Made by a program: the position numbers and the translations under genes. From a virus: DNA of 64,000 bases. The DNA is taken from the IMG/VR virus record IMGVR_UViG_3300045988_117466, positions 68,519 through 132,518 of that record, one strand, 5' to 3'. The stretch's first letter is position 1; each line of letters starts with the position of its first letter. Positions 21,793-31,194 of this stretch are shown piece by piece. The notes beneath the pieces are model-generated. The model worked only from the letters and a program-made list of their open reading frames with translations. It was not told the origin of the DNA and searched no databases.

Positions 21793-22290
21793 TTATTTCA
21801 CCCCCTGTGATTTAAAGTCAGCTATCATTGCAGCTTTTAATTCGTTCATATATTGCCCTTGTACGATCGCCATAGCTTCTTGGGCACAACTAGCTTCCAA
21901 CTCAGCTCTTCGGCTGTTAACATCGTTCTCTATAGTCTGCATAGGACTAGGAGAAGAAGTAGGAGTTCCAACATTGTATCCACCATGTTCTCCACCAATA
22001 AAGTCCCATTCAAATACTGTTTCAGGACTCTGATTATAATGCCCACCTATAGAAGCAGAAGAGATAGTAATTCCACCTTCCGCTGTTCCAGGCCCACTGA
22101 TAGTTTTAACCAAAGGCTGACTAGCTTCATATAGTCCATAGCTTCGTCCATATTGCTTAGGACTGTAATCTCCATAAAAGCTGGCTGCAGCCAATTCACC
22201 AATTTCTTTCAATTTTTCTGATGCTAATTGAGCAGCCAAATTAGCTGCAGCAACATTCATTTTCGTTAACACTTCCTGTGCTTTGCTCAT
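21793..22290 (-). CDS. hypothetical protein directly upstream of the tape measure (chaperone position)
   Basis: 165-aa ORF whose stop lies 1 nt before the tape-measure start. Function inferred from position only. Confidence 0.4.
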   Translation of the reverse strand: MSKAQEVLTKMNVAAANLAAQLASEKLKEIGELAAASFYGDYSPKQYGRSYGLYEASQPLVKTISGPGTAEGGITISSASIGGHYNQSPETVFEWDFIGGEHGGYNVGTPTSSPSPMQTIENDVNSRRAELEASCAQEAMAIVQGQYMNELKAAMIADFKSQGVK

Positions 22291-22307
22291 GTAATTCTCC
22301 TTCCACT

Positions 22308-22332
22308 AAAAAAGAGCCTCACATGAGACTCT
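22308..22332 (-). terminator. intrinsic terminator
   Basis: Minus-strand hairpin AGAGUCUCA-UGU-GAGGCUCU followed by UUUUUU, just after ORF 22340-22876. Confidence 0.6.
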
Positions 22333-22339
22333 TTTAAAA

Positions 22340-22876
22340 TTATTCTACTTTTAATTTTTCAATCATTGTTTTCATAACTTCAGTACTATCAATTCCTTTA
22401 GCACCTTCTACAATAGCTTCCTGAATGCTTAGATTAATAAATCTTAATTCCCTTGAAACAATGGCTTCTAAAGAATTATGATTTCTCATATGGTCTTCCC
22501 AAGCTAATTTATATAGCTTTTTAAATTCTTCAAAATCCTTTCCAATTTCCTCTAAGATTCTGTCAATCAATCCAGCTTTAGCAAGAGAATCTAATACCTC
22601 GTAAGTGCTTTCTCCTTCAAACTCAATATTTGTATAAAGCTGTAGAGCAGTAGTGATCAATACATGATAAGCACTGATTGAATTTACAGTAACTGTATAG
22701 CTTTCGCTTTCTTTCCCCAACGCCTTAACGATTTCTTCAATTGCAGTAATTTTTATTGCAATTGGAACATAATGACCAATTTTTAAGCTTGGGATAGCAT
22801 GTTCTAATGTAGCTCCCTCTACAGAGTTATTAAATTCCTCAATAATAGTGTCTAAATTTACTGTATTTTCTCCCAT
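22340..22876 (-). CDS. hypothetical acidic helical protein (tail assembly chaperone position)
   Basis: 178-aa ORF between the tail tube region and the tape measure. Position-based call only. Confidence 0.4.
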   Translation of the reverse strand: MGENTVNLDTIIEEFNNSVEGATLEHAIPSLKIGHYVPIAIKITAIEEIVKALGKESESYTVTVNSISAYHVLITTALQLYTNIEFEGESTYEVLDSLAKAGLIDRILEEIGKDFEEFKKLYKLAWEDHMRNHNSLEAIVSRELRFINLSIQEAIVEGAKGIDSTEVMKTMIEKLKVE

Positions 22877-22878
22877 AG

Positions 22879-23349
22879 TTATTTCTCCTTTTCTTTTTTC
22901 TGTTTCTCTTTTTCTTTGCGTCTCTTTCTTCTTTGAGACTGAATATATTCATAAGTTTTCCATCCACCATCAATCTTTGAGTATGCTACCCAATAAAAGT
23001 TGATATGAGGATATTTATATAGAAGTAATTTTCTTTTCATAGGTGCCACATGATCTGGCATACCTTTTACATCAATGACATCTTCATGTCCGTCTTTATA
23101 TGTAAGTACAAAATCTGCCACATATTTAATAGGAAGATATTTTTTATCTTGATGTTCAAATCCTTCCTGTAATAAATATTCTTTCTGCCGTTCACAATAG
23201 GTGATTTCCCCTGAAAGAATACCCGGAAGAACAGCATCTCTGTAAAATCTCATCTCAAGAGCAGAGTCAAATACGATTCCATCACACATACGATTATCAG
23301 TTCGCTTACTAACATTGTACTTACTGTCTCTTTGTTTCTTTTCGCTCAT
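22879..23349 (-). CDS. DUF1064-family protein (predicted PD-(D/E)xK-like nuclease)
   Basis: KYNVSKRT...DGIVFDSALEMRFYRDAV...GEI...Q...Y.L........KYVADFVLTYKDGHEDVIDVKG....APMKRKLLLYKYP follows the DUF1064 pattern. Lys/Glu-rich tail. Confidence 0.7.
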   Translation of the reverse strand: MSEKKQRDSKYNVSKRTDNRMCDGIVFDSALEMRFYRDAVLPGILSGEITYCERQKEYLLQEGFEHQDKKYLPIKYVADFVLTYKDGHEDVIDVKGMPDHVAPMKRKLLLYKYPHINFYWVAYSKIDGGWKTYEYIQSQRRKRRKEKEKQKKEKEK

Positions 23350-23408
23350 AGTCCTCCTTATAAAATCCGTATACTAAAAACAGCAGAAGTACCTGCTGCC
23401 ATAATGTT

Positions 23409-23627
23409 CTAAATTAATTCATGTTTACACCAAGCATCATACAGGTGCTTAGTGTCTTCTCTGTTCCAAACAAATAAAATTTTATTCTGATCGAATCTAT
23501 TGTCTGGAATGATATCCAAAAGTTCAGCTCCATAACTTAAGTATTTAAAATTCTGAAGCATATTTGGAATAAATACACACTCATCCGGTTCATAAGTCTT
23601 CCCGGTAATTCCACTTGTAGTTTTCAT
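23409..23627 (-). CDS. hypothetical protein, 72 aa
   Basis: ORF with SD (CAGGAGGAAC) and a downstream terminator hairpin (CAGCAG...CTGCTG, about 23378-23398). Confidence 0.5.
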   Translation of the reverse strand: MKTTSGITGKTYEPDECVFIPNMLQNFKYLSYGAELLDIIPDNRFDQNKILFVWNREDTKHLYDAWCKHELI

Positions 23628-23646
23628 AGTTCCTCCTGTTTATAAT

Positions 23647-23690
23647 TAAAAAAAGAGAGACACATAAAACCTAATGGCTATGTGTCTCTC
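23647..23690 (-). terminator. intrinsic terminator
   Basis: 12-bp stem GAGAGACACAUA/UAUGUGUCUCUC followed by UUUUUUU on the minus strand. Confidence 0.7.
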
Positions 23691-23725
23691 AGTGATCATT
23701 TCTTTTCACTAAGAGATCCGCAAAC

Positions 23726-24064
23726 CTATCTCCATTTCTTCTTACTTCGAGAGTAAGAAGAAGGAGAAGAGGAAGGGGATTGAGCCGTTTTGTTGGTCTC
23801 AGCGAAAACTTTCTCAATAACGCCTAAAACGTCAGGGAGAAAGTCAGATTTGTTAGTTAAATCACACTTGTCCAGTTTTTGTCTTGTTTGTTCAGCATTG
23901 CATTCGCCTGTAGAATATCTCTGACAAGCATCAAATACTTTTCTACAATTGTCTGAATCAAAGATAAAATACCAAGATGGTTTATCTCTATCGACATCAC
24001 AATGAGGACAGTAGTGATATGCCTTCCCACAACAAAAACAGGTTCTCTGTTTCGTTTCTCCCAT
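23726..24064 (-). CDS. zinc-ribbon protein, 112 aa
   Basis: CFCCGKAYHYCPHCD (CxxC...CxxC) near the N-terminus; Ser-rich basic C-terminus. Confidence 0.5.
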   Translation of the reverse strand: MGETKQRTCFCCGKAYHYCPHCDVDRDKPSWYFIFDSDNCRKVFDACQRYSTGECNAEQTRQKLDKCDLTNKSDFLPDVLGVIEKVFAETNKTAQSPSSSPSSYSRSKKKWR

Positions 24065-24139
24065 GATATTCCTCCATTTCTAAATCGTTTCCAATCAAAT
24101 AGCTGCCTTATCATTTGACAAGACAGCTTTTAAATTTGA

Positions 24140-24943
24140 TTATTCTGTAGGCATTTTTGGTACGATGATATCGAAAAGTTTCTTTTCTTTATCACAGTAC
24201 TGTTGCATACACTGGATTTCAAATGGATGTTTACCATCAGTAGAGAATGTTAAGTCTACATTAGAGCTTAACTTAGCCTGTGGGAATACAAGATAAGCAT
24301 TGTACAGTGTACTTACGTTACATACGTCAGCACCTAAAATCTGTACAATCAGTTTTCCAGCTTTAGGGAATTTTGTAGCACTGTTAGTTACTTTAACAGC
24401 TTCATCTGTCTCATATTCGTATTCAACGAATAACTGAGAACCTTTAGATAAACCAGTTGGTAATGTTACACTATCTGTTCCTTTAGCATGAACAAATTTA
24501 TCATCACTAGCAGCTGCACCATTAGTGTATTTCTTTCCTAATGTGCTATCACCTTTTAATTCATAGATGTATTTAATCTGCTCTGTAGGTGTGTGTTTTA
24601 ATGTAACAGCAGTACCAGCTGTAATATCAATTGTTTCGAAAGCTGTAGCAATTACTTTAGACTCAGCATCAGCAACTTGTTTCTTTGTACCAAACTGAGC
24701 AGCAGCTAATCCTAAATCGAATAAAGAGTTAGTTGCAGAGAAAGTAGCTTTCTTAGCTCTATCGAATTCCATAATAGGAACTTCAAGAGCATCAGTAGCC
24801 TGAGTTGTGTCAGACTCGCATTTGATAGATGGCTCTGTAATCTGATTAATAGACCATAAGATTTCTCCTGTGTCTGTATCTACCATGATTGCACGTAAGC
24901 ATCTATCGATGACAAAGTTATTAATGTCGAATGTACTTGCCAT
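24140..24943 (-). CDS. major tail (tube) protein, putative
   Basis: 267-aa beta-rich ORF with a strong SD (AAGGAGGATT). It is bracketed by strong terminators, suggesting a highly expressed unit, and lies upstream of the chaperone and tape-measure genes. Confidence 0.55.
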   Translation of the reverse strand: MASTFDINNFVIDRCLRAIMVDTDTGEILWSINQITEPSIKCESDTTQATDALEVPIMEFDRAKKATFSATNSLFDLGLAAAQFGTKKQVADAESKVIATAFETIDITAGTAVTLKHTPTEQIKYIYELKGDSTLGKKYTNGAAASDDKFVHAKGTDSVTLPTGLSKGSQLFVEYEYETDEAVKVTNSATKFPKAGKLIVQILGADVCNVSTLYNAYLVFPQAKLSSNVDLTFSTDGKHPFEIQCMQQYCDKEKKLFDIIVPKMPTE

Positions 24944-24977
24944 GTTTAATCCTCCTTGAAATATTTAAAAATTTGTA

Positions 24978-25005
24978 TAAAAAAAAGCAGCTCCATAAGA
25001 GCTAC
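24978..25005 (-). terminator. intrinsic terminator
   Basis: Hairpin GUAGCUC-UUAUG-GAGCUGC followed by UUUUUUUU on the minus strand. Overlaps the stop of 25002-25718. Confidence 0.65.
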
Positions 25006-25718
25006 TTAATCCAATTAAGGTCTTCGGTTTTAATTTTTGAGGTATCTATCATACCTGAATAGCATCCTTGTAAAAGTGCAACAGCTTGTTTCTTTTTCTG
25101 AATCTGTTCAACGCTAGACATAAAAGCTGAGATATTTAAATCTTGAACAGATTGATAATCATACTTGAACTCTTCAGTATTTACCATTGAGATAACAAGA
25201 GGAAGAAGTATTGGTTCAAACTCTTTGTTTTGGTTCATTTCATATTTCATCTTGTCTTCTTCAATAAGGATTTTTTTAGTTTCTTCGTTACCAGCGATTT
25301 CTACTTTAGGTTTGAGGCCGTGCAAAGATCTAAAATAATCACATATTTTGATATAGGCTAGCTTGTCAATCATGATGTCGTCTTCCATATCAACAAGAAC
25401 AAGGTCTCCATTTACTTGATTTTGAGCCATCTCAAATTTACTGAGATCAACTCCCATGAATAATCGTTGAGATATGTCAGTTTCAAGAGTTGGAGCCATG
25501 AGCATAAATAAATCAAAGTCTTCAACTTCTTCGTAGTCTAATCCCAATTTAAAAAGCCTGTATTTCATATCACTAGGAATACAGGTTAATGTAAATACAG
25601 CTTGAAAGTATTTGTCTTCACCCATCTCTTTTATGTCTCTAAGAGTAGGCTGATGAATACTTATTGCATCATTGATATAATAATCATCTCCGAAAATGAT
25701 AGACAGGTCTTTATCCAT
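25002..25718 (-). CDS. hypothetical neck/tail protein, 238 aa
   Basis: ORF translationally coupled to its upstream neighbour (8-nt overlap). Lies in the head-tail joining region. Confidence 0.4.
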   Translation of the reverse strand: MDKDLSIIFGDDYYINDAISIHQPTLRDIKEMGEDKYFQAVFTLTCIPSDMKYRLFKLGLDYEEVEDFDLFMLMAPTLETDISQRLFMGVDLSKFEMAQNQVNGDLVLVDMEDDIMIDKLAYIKICDYFRSLHGLKPKVEIAGNEETKKILIEEDKMKYEMNQNKEFEPILLPLVISMVNTEEFKYDYQSVQDLNISAFMSSVEQIQKKKQAVALLQGCYSGMIDTSKIKTEDLNWIK

Positions 25719-26274
25719 GGTCTACCGTATTGTTAGGAATTTCCTCATGTGAGACATTGTTATGGGCATTATTTCTATTGTCCATTCGTCCCTGATAAGG
25801 ATTACTTGGAGTGATCACTCGGAATTTCAATGTCCTGCAAACATATCTGGTATCAGTAGTTCCTGACACATCGTATGTAAGTTTCATTTGAAATCCTAAA
25901 TTGTTACTCCACTGAAAATTATCTCTGATGCAATATCCTAAAAGATCATGTCTTTCAGCTCCATAAGGAGTAGCGAGATTATCTTCGTGGCAAAATACTC
26001 TAAAAGTACATACCTGTTCTTTCATCATCCCATTTCTGTCATTGATATCTACATCATCAATGTCGAAACAAATGAAATTCTGGACTTCAGATTGTACTGG
26101 TTCAATATGAACTGCGGGGAATATGTTTACTCCCAAATATTCATCTGGAGAGTTTGAATCAAGTTTTGGGTTATCCAAAAGCTCGATAATATCAGAATCA
26201 TTGTAAAGAATTTCTTTAATAATCCTTTTCTTGTAGATAATATCATCATCTATGTTCTGAAAATCTCTTATCAT
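25711..26274 (-). CDS. hypothetical neck/tail protein, 187 aa
   Basis: ORF overlapping the stop of the upstream gene by 4 nt (ATGA). Position-based call. Confidence 0.4.
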   Translation of the reverse strand: MIRDFQNIDDDIIYKKRIIKEILYNDSDIIELLDNPKLDSNSPDEYLGVNIFPAVHIEPVQSEVQNFICFDIDDVDINDRNGMMKEQVCTFRVFCHEDNLATPYGAERHDLLGYCIRDNFQWSNNLGFQMKLTYDVSGTTDTRYVCRTLKFRVITPSNPYQGRMDNRNNAHNNVSHEEIPNNTVDHG

Positions 26275-26894
26275 AATCCAATCACCTCCGTCTGAAATTC
26301 AGCTGTTAAATCATGTACAAATGCTTGGATGGTGATCGTCTCACCAATTAGAGAGTACACCTTATGACATTTGATATTCACTGTTGTGTCATCACAAACA
26401 ATGTCAAAGTCATCTAAGTGACCCTGTGGTACTATAACATTCCACTCCACTTTTTCAGGAGAAGAAGTAGTACCATCTCCACGTTTAATAATAGTAGAGA
26501 ATTTTTTAGCACTACCGCCACATTTAATCTGTGGTTTAGCACCAGCAAAGTTGATCACCAATTTATCATCTGGAAGATCAGGCAACGTAGGCTTGTCTTC
26601 ATCAGTTTCAATAGTTGGTGGAACTTCGGTTTTATAATAGTCAGCAATCAACTCGTCCACATTGTCTGTGTGACCATTGAAAGCATCTTGTTTTAATGTA
26701 ATTTTTGTAATCCCAAGAGGAACTGCATCCTCTCGTTTTGTAACTTTCCATGCCACTGGATGTAATGGATTACGTGTAATTAAGAATCGTGTATCGTAGT
26801 CTATGGTGTTAACCGTGTCATTGGTTGGAACCCAAAACTGTATCTGATTTTCCACAGAAGTCACGAGATAATCAGTCCAAGTTCCTTGATTGTT
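26271..26894 (-). CDS. split structural gene, exon 2 (5' boundary approximate)
   Basis: The frame is open upstream of the ORF-track GTG back to about 26950 with no SD or ATG (...KNNQGTWTDYLVTSVENQIQFWVPTND...). It follows the LAGLIDADG intron. The exact 3' splice site is unresolved; candidate G positions are 26895, 26909 and 26916. Confidence 0.55.
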   Translation of the reverse strand, partial: NNQGTWTDYLVTSVENQIQFWVPTNDTVNTIDYDTRFLITRNPLHPVAWKVTKREDAVPLGITKITLKQDAFNGHTDNVDELIADYYKTEVPPTIETDEDKPTLPDLPDDKLVINFAGAKPQIKCGGSAKKFSTIIKRGDGTTSSPEKVEWNVIVPQGHLDDFDIVCDDTTVNIKCHKVYSLIGETITIQAFVHDLTAEFQTEVIGL

Positions 26895-28257
26895 CTTTGA
26901 TTTTTTGTCTAGTCTCGTAAGGACTAGGCGATTTTGTTTACAAAAGAAGATAAGTATTTATCATATTTACGCTGTAAATAAATAGTTGCGTCATTGTACA
27001 TCCAATGCGCCATATATGTAGCATTTTTACCAGAGAAGTTTATAACTCCAGTAAAATCATTTCCTTTTTTGGCATTTCGAATATTGTATTTAACATCAGT
27101 AAAATTCTGGGTAAAATAGTTAATAAATCCCTCACAAAATGTTTTTGTTGATACAATTGAAAGATAATGGCCATGCGCCATAGTCCCATTTCCGTCAAAA
27201 TAACCTCTAATAAAATGAGAATGTAAATCTTTTCTAAGCCATGTTGGGTATTCTAAGCAATAACTTTTTCTTGGGACCATCCCAAGTGATTGTAATTGGC
27301 GACACATGTGAGCACTAAAAATTAACATTCTATATTGATTTTGATAAGAATATCCAAAATCATGCTTATTTGAATAATCTATAAATTCCAATGGATGTTC
27401 ATTATCCATCTCCTTACAAATTCTTTCAAGGATAGGGCGATCTCCTTCTTGCAAAGACATGGAGATAGTTTATTTAGGCATATAATTACAACCATCTGCA
27501 TCTAAAAAGCCTAAAATATAAGCTTTTTCTGGGGTATCAATCTCATCAAAATAATGTTCATTTACACTATAAGATCTTCGACCATTACCAATTCTTGCAA
27601 TTCCATAGGTGTCCAGAATTCTTCCAACTAATTTGTGACTTATACCATATTTTTTACCAATTGCAACAGAAGAGGCTCCATCTTTATACATTTGAGCCAT
27701 ATCATCTTTATGTTTTTGTGAAATGTCTTTATGGGTAAAACGTCCACCCTTTAAATCTTTTATAATTTTATGAATTTCAGGATATCCATCTCCTGTAATG
27801 TCTACAATTTCTGATAAAGTTTTTCCTTCTTTAAATAAATTTCTATAATAATCTGTTTCGTATTTCATTGAATTTCCTCCTAAAAATTTCAATATAAAAA
27901 AGACAGTAATTGTTGTGTTAGGAGCACAACAAAAGAGGAGCTACCTCCTGTCCTGTCTTAATTAACTATTTATGTAAACTAAAATCCTTATGCTTTCACA
28001 TAAGAGAAGAGCACATCAACACCATATTGTGAATACAACTTAGGTGGCTCCCGTTTTCAGGCACTTGCCTTACTTTGCTCGTTGAAGGTTTCTCTGTTCG
28101 AGACTTCCCGGCTGATTGTCCAATTTATTTTTTTTCAAACATTCACGCTCGCCCATATTTCATGACCACGTTGTAGTAAAATAACTTTAAGGAGTTTCCA
28201 GCAAAAAGAGAGCTTTTTCACTAACAAGTTTCCCTGATAGTGCGCACAAATTTACGA
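26895..28257 (-). mobile_element. group I intron with LAGLIDADG ORF (boundaries approximate)
   Basis: Minus-strand P TTTGCTGGAAACTCC (28191-28205), Q AATCAGCCGG (28108-28117), R-like CTTCAACGAGCAA, and a GAAA-tetraloop hairpin (about 27988-28005). The 5' core is about 70% identical by eye to tape-measure intron 2 (10921-10975 versus 28154-28206). Confidence 0.7.
26924..27868 (-). pseudogene. LAGLIDADG homing endonuclease gene split by one in-frame TAA (27470-27472)
   Basis: First motif ILGFLDADG lies at the end of ORF 27470-27868. Second motif IRGYFDGNGT lies in ORF 26924-27460. The two ORFs share a frame and are separated only by TAA plus 3 codons. The N-terminal part has an HTH-like segment (SVAIGKKYGISHKLVGRIL). 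Confidence 0.7.
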
Positions 28258-28680
28258 ATTTCGGCTGCGGATTGCACCAAGACATGAATACACTTTCCCA
28301 TTTGCAACCCACTTAAAAGTCCAATTGCAAAGAAGAATATTGTACCGATAGAAAAGAGGATGATTATCATGATCAACAATTAACCAAGTACTAAATTCCT
28401 CATCATCATTGACAGGAATATCTACATAAGTTCCTAAAGGATACTTAACCCCTGGTCTAAACTGCAGATGATAATCAATCGCATCTTTACTGATACTGTT
28501 TTTTGTATACGCTAAAAACTTTGCGTCAACATCTTCACCTAATATCCTACATTCCCGAAAGGCGGGGTCCTTTGTGAATGTGACATCCATAGCTTTCAGC
28601 GAATGGGCTCTGTACTTTTTAGAAGCAGCAGTACTATGAGCACCATTATTTAACCTATTTCTATAACTCTCTAGACTCAT
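28258..28680 (-). CDS. split structural gene, exon 1 (3' boundary approximate)
   Basis: ATG at 28680. Ends ...VYSCLGAIRSRN(S)*, with the stop just inside intron-type sequence. Confidence 0.55.
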
Positions 28681-28996
28681 CTACATCATCCTCCTTGATA
28701 TGGTCAACAAGTGATGTAGCATCGAGAATAGCTTTTCTATAAGCTGCATGATCGTAATCTTCTTTTAATGCTTCATCTCTAGCCTGAGCTAAGATAGCAA
28801 GAAGATCTAATACGACTGTCTGATTAGAAAAGATTTTATTGTATCCAGATAATTTCCATAATAATCCTGCAAAGTATCTATCCAAATTAGGATCTTTTTC
28901 TTCACGCATATATAACAGCTTGAAGATGGAATTCTGAATAGTTTTTTTATGAGCATGGATCTGCTCCTTTGGAAAATTTCCATATTTGCTATTCAT
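28661..28996 (-). CDS. hypothetical head-tail joining protein, 111 aa
   Basis: ORF in the connector region; overlaps the downstream gene by 20 nt. Confidence 0.4.
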   Translation of the reverse strand: MNSKYGNFPKEQIHAHKKTIQNSIFKLLYMREEKDPNLDRYFAGLLWKLSGYNKIFSNQTVVLDLLAILAQARDEALKEDYDHAAYRKAILDATSLVDHIKEDDVDESREL

Positions 28997-29005
28997 ACAT
29001 TTCTC

Positions 29006-29428
29006 CTAACTATTGTTCTGTCTAAATTTTTCTGTTTGATAATCTCTGTAAGCTTTTTGTTTTTCTACTCTGATCTGATCTCTCAAGGCCATTACCTTAT
29101 CTAATTGATTTGATTGAGCATAAAATTTTTCTTCAGCTCCACCAAAAATCTGTTTAGTAAGAAGAGTAGAGTTCACCTGAGGGCGAATCCATTCTTCTAC
29201 CATAGACAAGGCTAAGATTTCAATTTCAATATCTGAAAGATCATCTTCAAAGACCCCTTCAGTATCATCTCTCTTGGAAAGATCAGAAGTACATTTGCTA
29301 AACTTAGAAATGCTTGCAATTAAATAACCTAACATCATTTCATTAGCATCTTTATCAGATAGATCAGCAAAATTATAATCTTCGATCTTTAATAAGAAAA
29401 CAGAGTAGATGCGTTCGTAAGAGGTCAT
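29006..29428 (-). CDS. head-tail connector/adaptor protein, putative
   Basis: 140-aa acidic helical ORF directly after the capsid genes. Position-based call. Confidence 0.4.
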   Translation of the reverse strand: MTSYERIYSVFLLKIEDYNFADLSDKDANEMMLGYLIASISKFSKCTSDLSKRDDTEGVFEDDLSDIEIEILALSMVEEWIRPQVNSTLLTKQIFGGAEEKFYAQSNQLDKVMALRDQIRVEKQKAYRDYQTEKFRQNNS

Positions 29429-29438
29429 AATACACCTC

Positions 29439-30014
29439 CTAGAGCACTAACTTAGCAAACTCAGTTCCCAGTGATTTGTCGATTGTTTTCACAATACGAA
29501 TACTATCCAGCTGTCCATCTTTAATAAGTTTTGCAGCAGCTGTTCTAGCAGCATCTTTTACTCCTTCTGGAGCATTGTTTAAGAATGACTCTAAGGCATC
29601 TGGTGTCTTATCAAAGAAGCTTCTAGGATCATCTAATCCATAGAACTGATTTGTAATTTCCTGTAACTGAGGGTTTTCTTTTAAGAAATCTTCATCCATA
29701 ACAATAAAATAAGGATAAAACAGGTAATCGGATTTTCTGGCTAACATTGCTTTTAAGTCCTGATACTCAACATCAGTAATTTCTCCATACTGGAGCCACT
29801 CATATCGAGTACGAGATTTTGCGAATGTTTCGTGATAAATTAATTCTCCTGTTGTTACTGACATACAAGGAATTAATTCCTCCTTGTCAAACACACGAGC
29901 TTTTGGCTCTGGTTTAGGAGTAGCTTTTTTTGTTCTAGTTCTTTTCGCTGTGGACTTAGCAGCAGCTTTTTCCTCGACTGCATTTTCTGTGTTAGTTTTA
30001 TTAGTTTCTGGCAT
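29439..30014 (-). CDS. hypothetical protein, 191 aa
   Basis: ATG at 30014 after AAAAGGAGAT (the ORF-track start at 30050 lies inside the terminator). Basic Ala/Lys-rich N-terminus. Confidence 0.45.
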   Translation of the reverse strand: MPETNKTNTENAVEEKAAAKSTAKRTRTKKATPKPEPKARVFDKEELIPCMSVTTGELIYHETFAKSRTRYEWLQYGEITDVEYQDLKAMLARKSDYLFYPYFIVMDEDFLKENPQLQEITNQFYGLDDPRSFFDKTPDALESFLNNAPEGVKDAARTAAAKLIKDGQLDSIRIVKTIDKSLGTEFAKLVL

Positions 30015-30035
30015 TTTATATCTCCTTTTTAATAT

Positions 30036-30061
30036 CAAAAGAGCCAGCATTTAACTGGCTC
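30036..30061 (-). terminator. intrinsic terminator after the capsid gene
   Basis: GAGCCAG-UUAAAUG-CUGGCUC followed by UUUUG on the minus strand. Confidence 0.6.
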
Positions 30062-30066
30062 AGATT

Positions 30067-31176
30067 TTATCCTACTGTAAATTTGTAAGTTCCGAATAAC
30101 TGGTTGATAACAACATTGATACCAAGTTTCTGCATTAACTCGTACTCATATGTCATATCCTGGTTTGTTGCGCCATCATTGACCTGTTTAACGATAGCTT
30201 CACCTTCGTTAACAAGTTTGATAGGTTTGTTATCAGCATCAATAGGCATTAACAGTAATTTCTTATTGTCAAGCTTTTTGTTTCTTGTTCCCTGTTCATT
30301 AACCTGAGGGATAGCCATTAATCTGATTCCTTCAAACTGCCCTAATGTACCAGTTGTATGTCTTTCATTTCTCATATCATCTGAAATCCAAGCAGAAGGA
30401 GAAAGAGCGATAACTTGAGAAATAGCAGATCTTGTACCACAGATAACAACTTCTTTACCTGTATCTGTTTCAAGATTCTGAACAGCTTCAATTAATTTAT
30501 CAGCCTCTAATTTACCTGTGATTTTTAAGTCTGTAGGTAATTTTTCATCAGCTCCCATGAAAGCTTCATAGATCATGTCATTGATCTTTCTGTCAAAAGC
30601 TTCATATACTTTTGTGATCATAGCAGCAAAGTCACGTCTACCAGCCATGAAAAGTTCAAACTCTTCATAGATCTTAATTCCATACCAGTCTGTAGTAACA
30701 GAGAAGCTTTCTCCGATTCCTAATTTCTGGCGGATTAAGTTGTGATGATTACCAGAGAATCTACTAACTGTTAATACAGCCTGCTCTTCAACATAGAATA
30801 CATTCTGATCTCCATCAGCTAAGTTTCTCTGATCAACCCATTCCATGAAGAAAGGATTGTCTCCCCAACCGCTTACAAGTAAGTTCTCTAATGTTTCCTC
30901 TAACAGTTCGAAAACTTCTGTCTGATGTCTACGGATAGCTTTTCTAAGGACTTTACGATTCTTTTCATCTTCAGCAACTCCAAGAACCTGGGCAAATTTC
31001 TTTCTGATAACAGTATTAGCAGCACCTTTAGCATCTGCAACACCGTCAATTTTCTTCATTTTATCGTTAGCTGTGTCTAACATTAAAGCAGAGAAGTCCA
31101 TATATTCCTGCTCACCTTGTTCAAAAACAGCCTGAACTGTTTCAGCCAGTTCGCTAAATTTCATAAGTCTTAACAT
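30067..31176 (-). CDS. major capsid protein, putative
   Basis: 369-aa ORF with SD (GAGGAGGGGAG), followed by a terminator, downstream of the scaffold-like gene. Position and size argument. Confidence 0.6.
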   Translation of the reverse strand: MLRLMKFSELAETVQAVFEQGEQEYMDFSALMLDTANDKMKKIDGVADAKGAANTVIRKKFAQVLGVAEDEKNRKVLRKAIRRHQTEVFELLEETLENLLVSGWGDNPFFMEWVDQRNLADGDQNVFYVEEQAVLTVSRFSGNHHNLIRQKLGIGESFSVTTDWYGIKIYEEFELFMAGRRDFAAMITKVYEAFDRKINDMIYEAFMGADEKLPTDLKITGKLEADKLIEAVQNLETDTGKEVVICGTRSAISQVIALSPSAWISDDMRNERHTTGTLGQFEGIRLMAIPQVNEQGTRNKKLDNKKLLLMPIDADNKPIKLVNEGEAIVKQVNDGATNQDMTYEYELMQKLGINVVINQLFGTYKFTVG

Positions 31177-31194
31177 ATATTTCTCCCCTCCTCA

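Noticed and set aside
23857-24114. 85-aa ORF overlapping the zinc-ribbon gene in another frame
   Set aside because: Same strand, alternative frame, no SD. The zinc-ribbon frame has the CxxC pairs and an SD.
27470-27472. In-frame TAA in the LAGLIDADG gene as programmed read-through or recoding
   Set aside because: No supporting signal (no downstream structure or special context noticed), and homing endonuclease genes commonly decay. Kept as a pseudogene or split-gene call, to be checked by resequencing.
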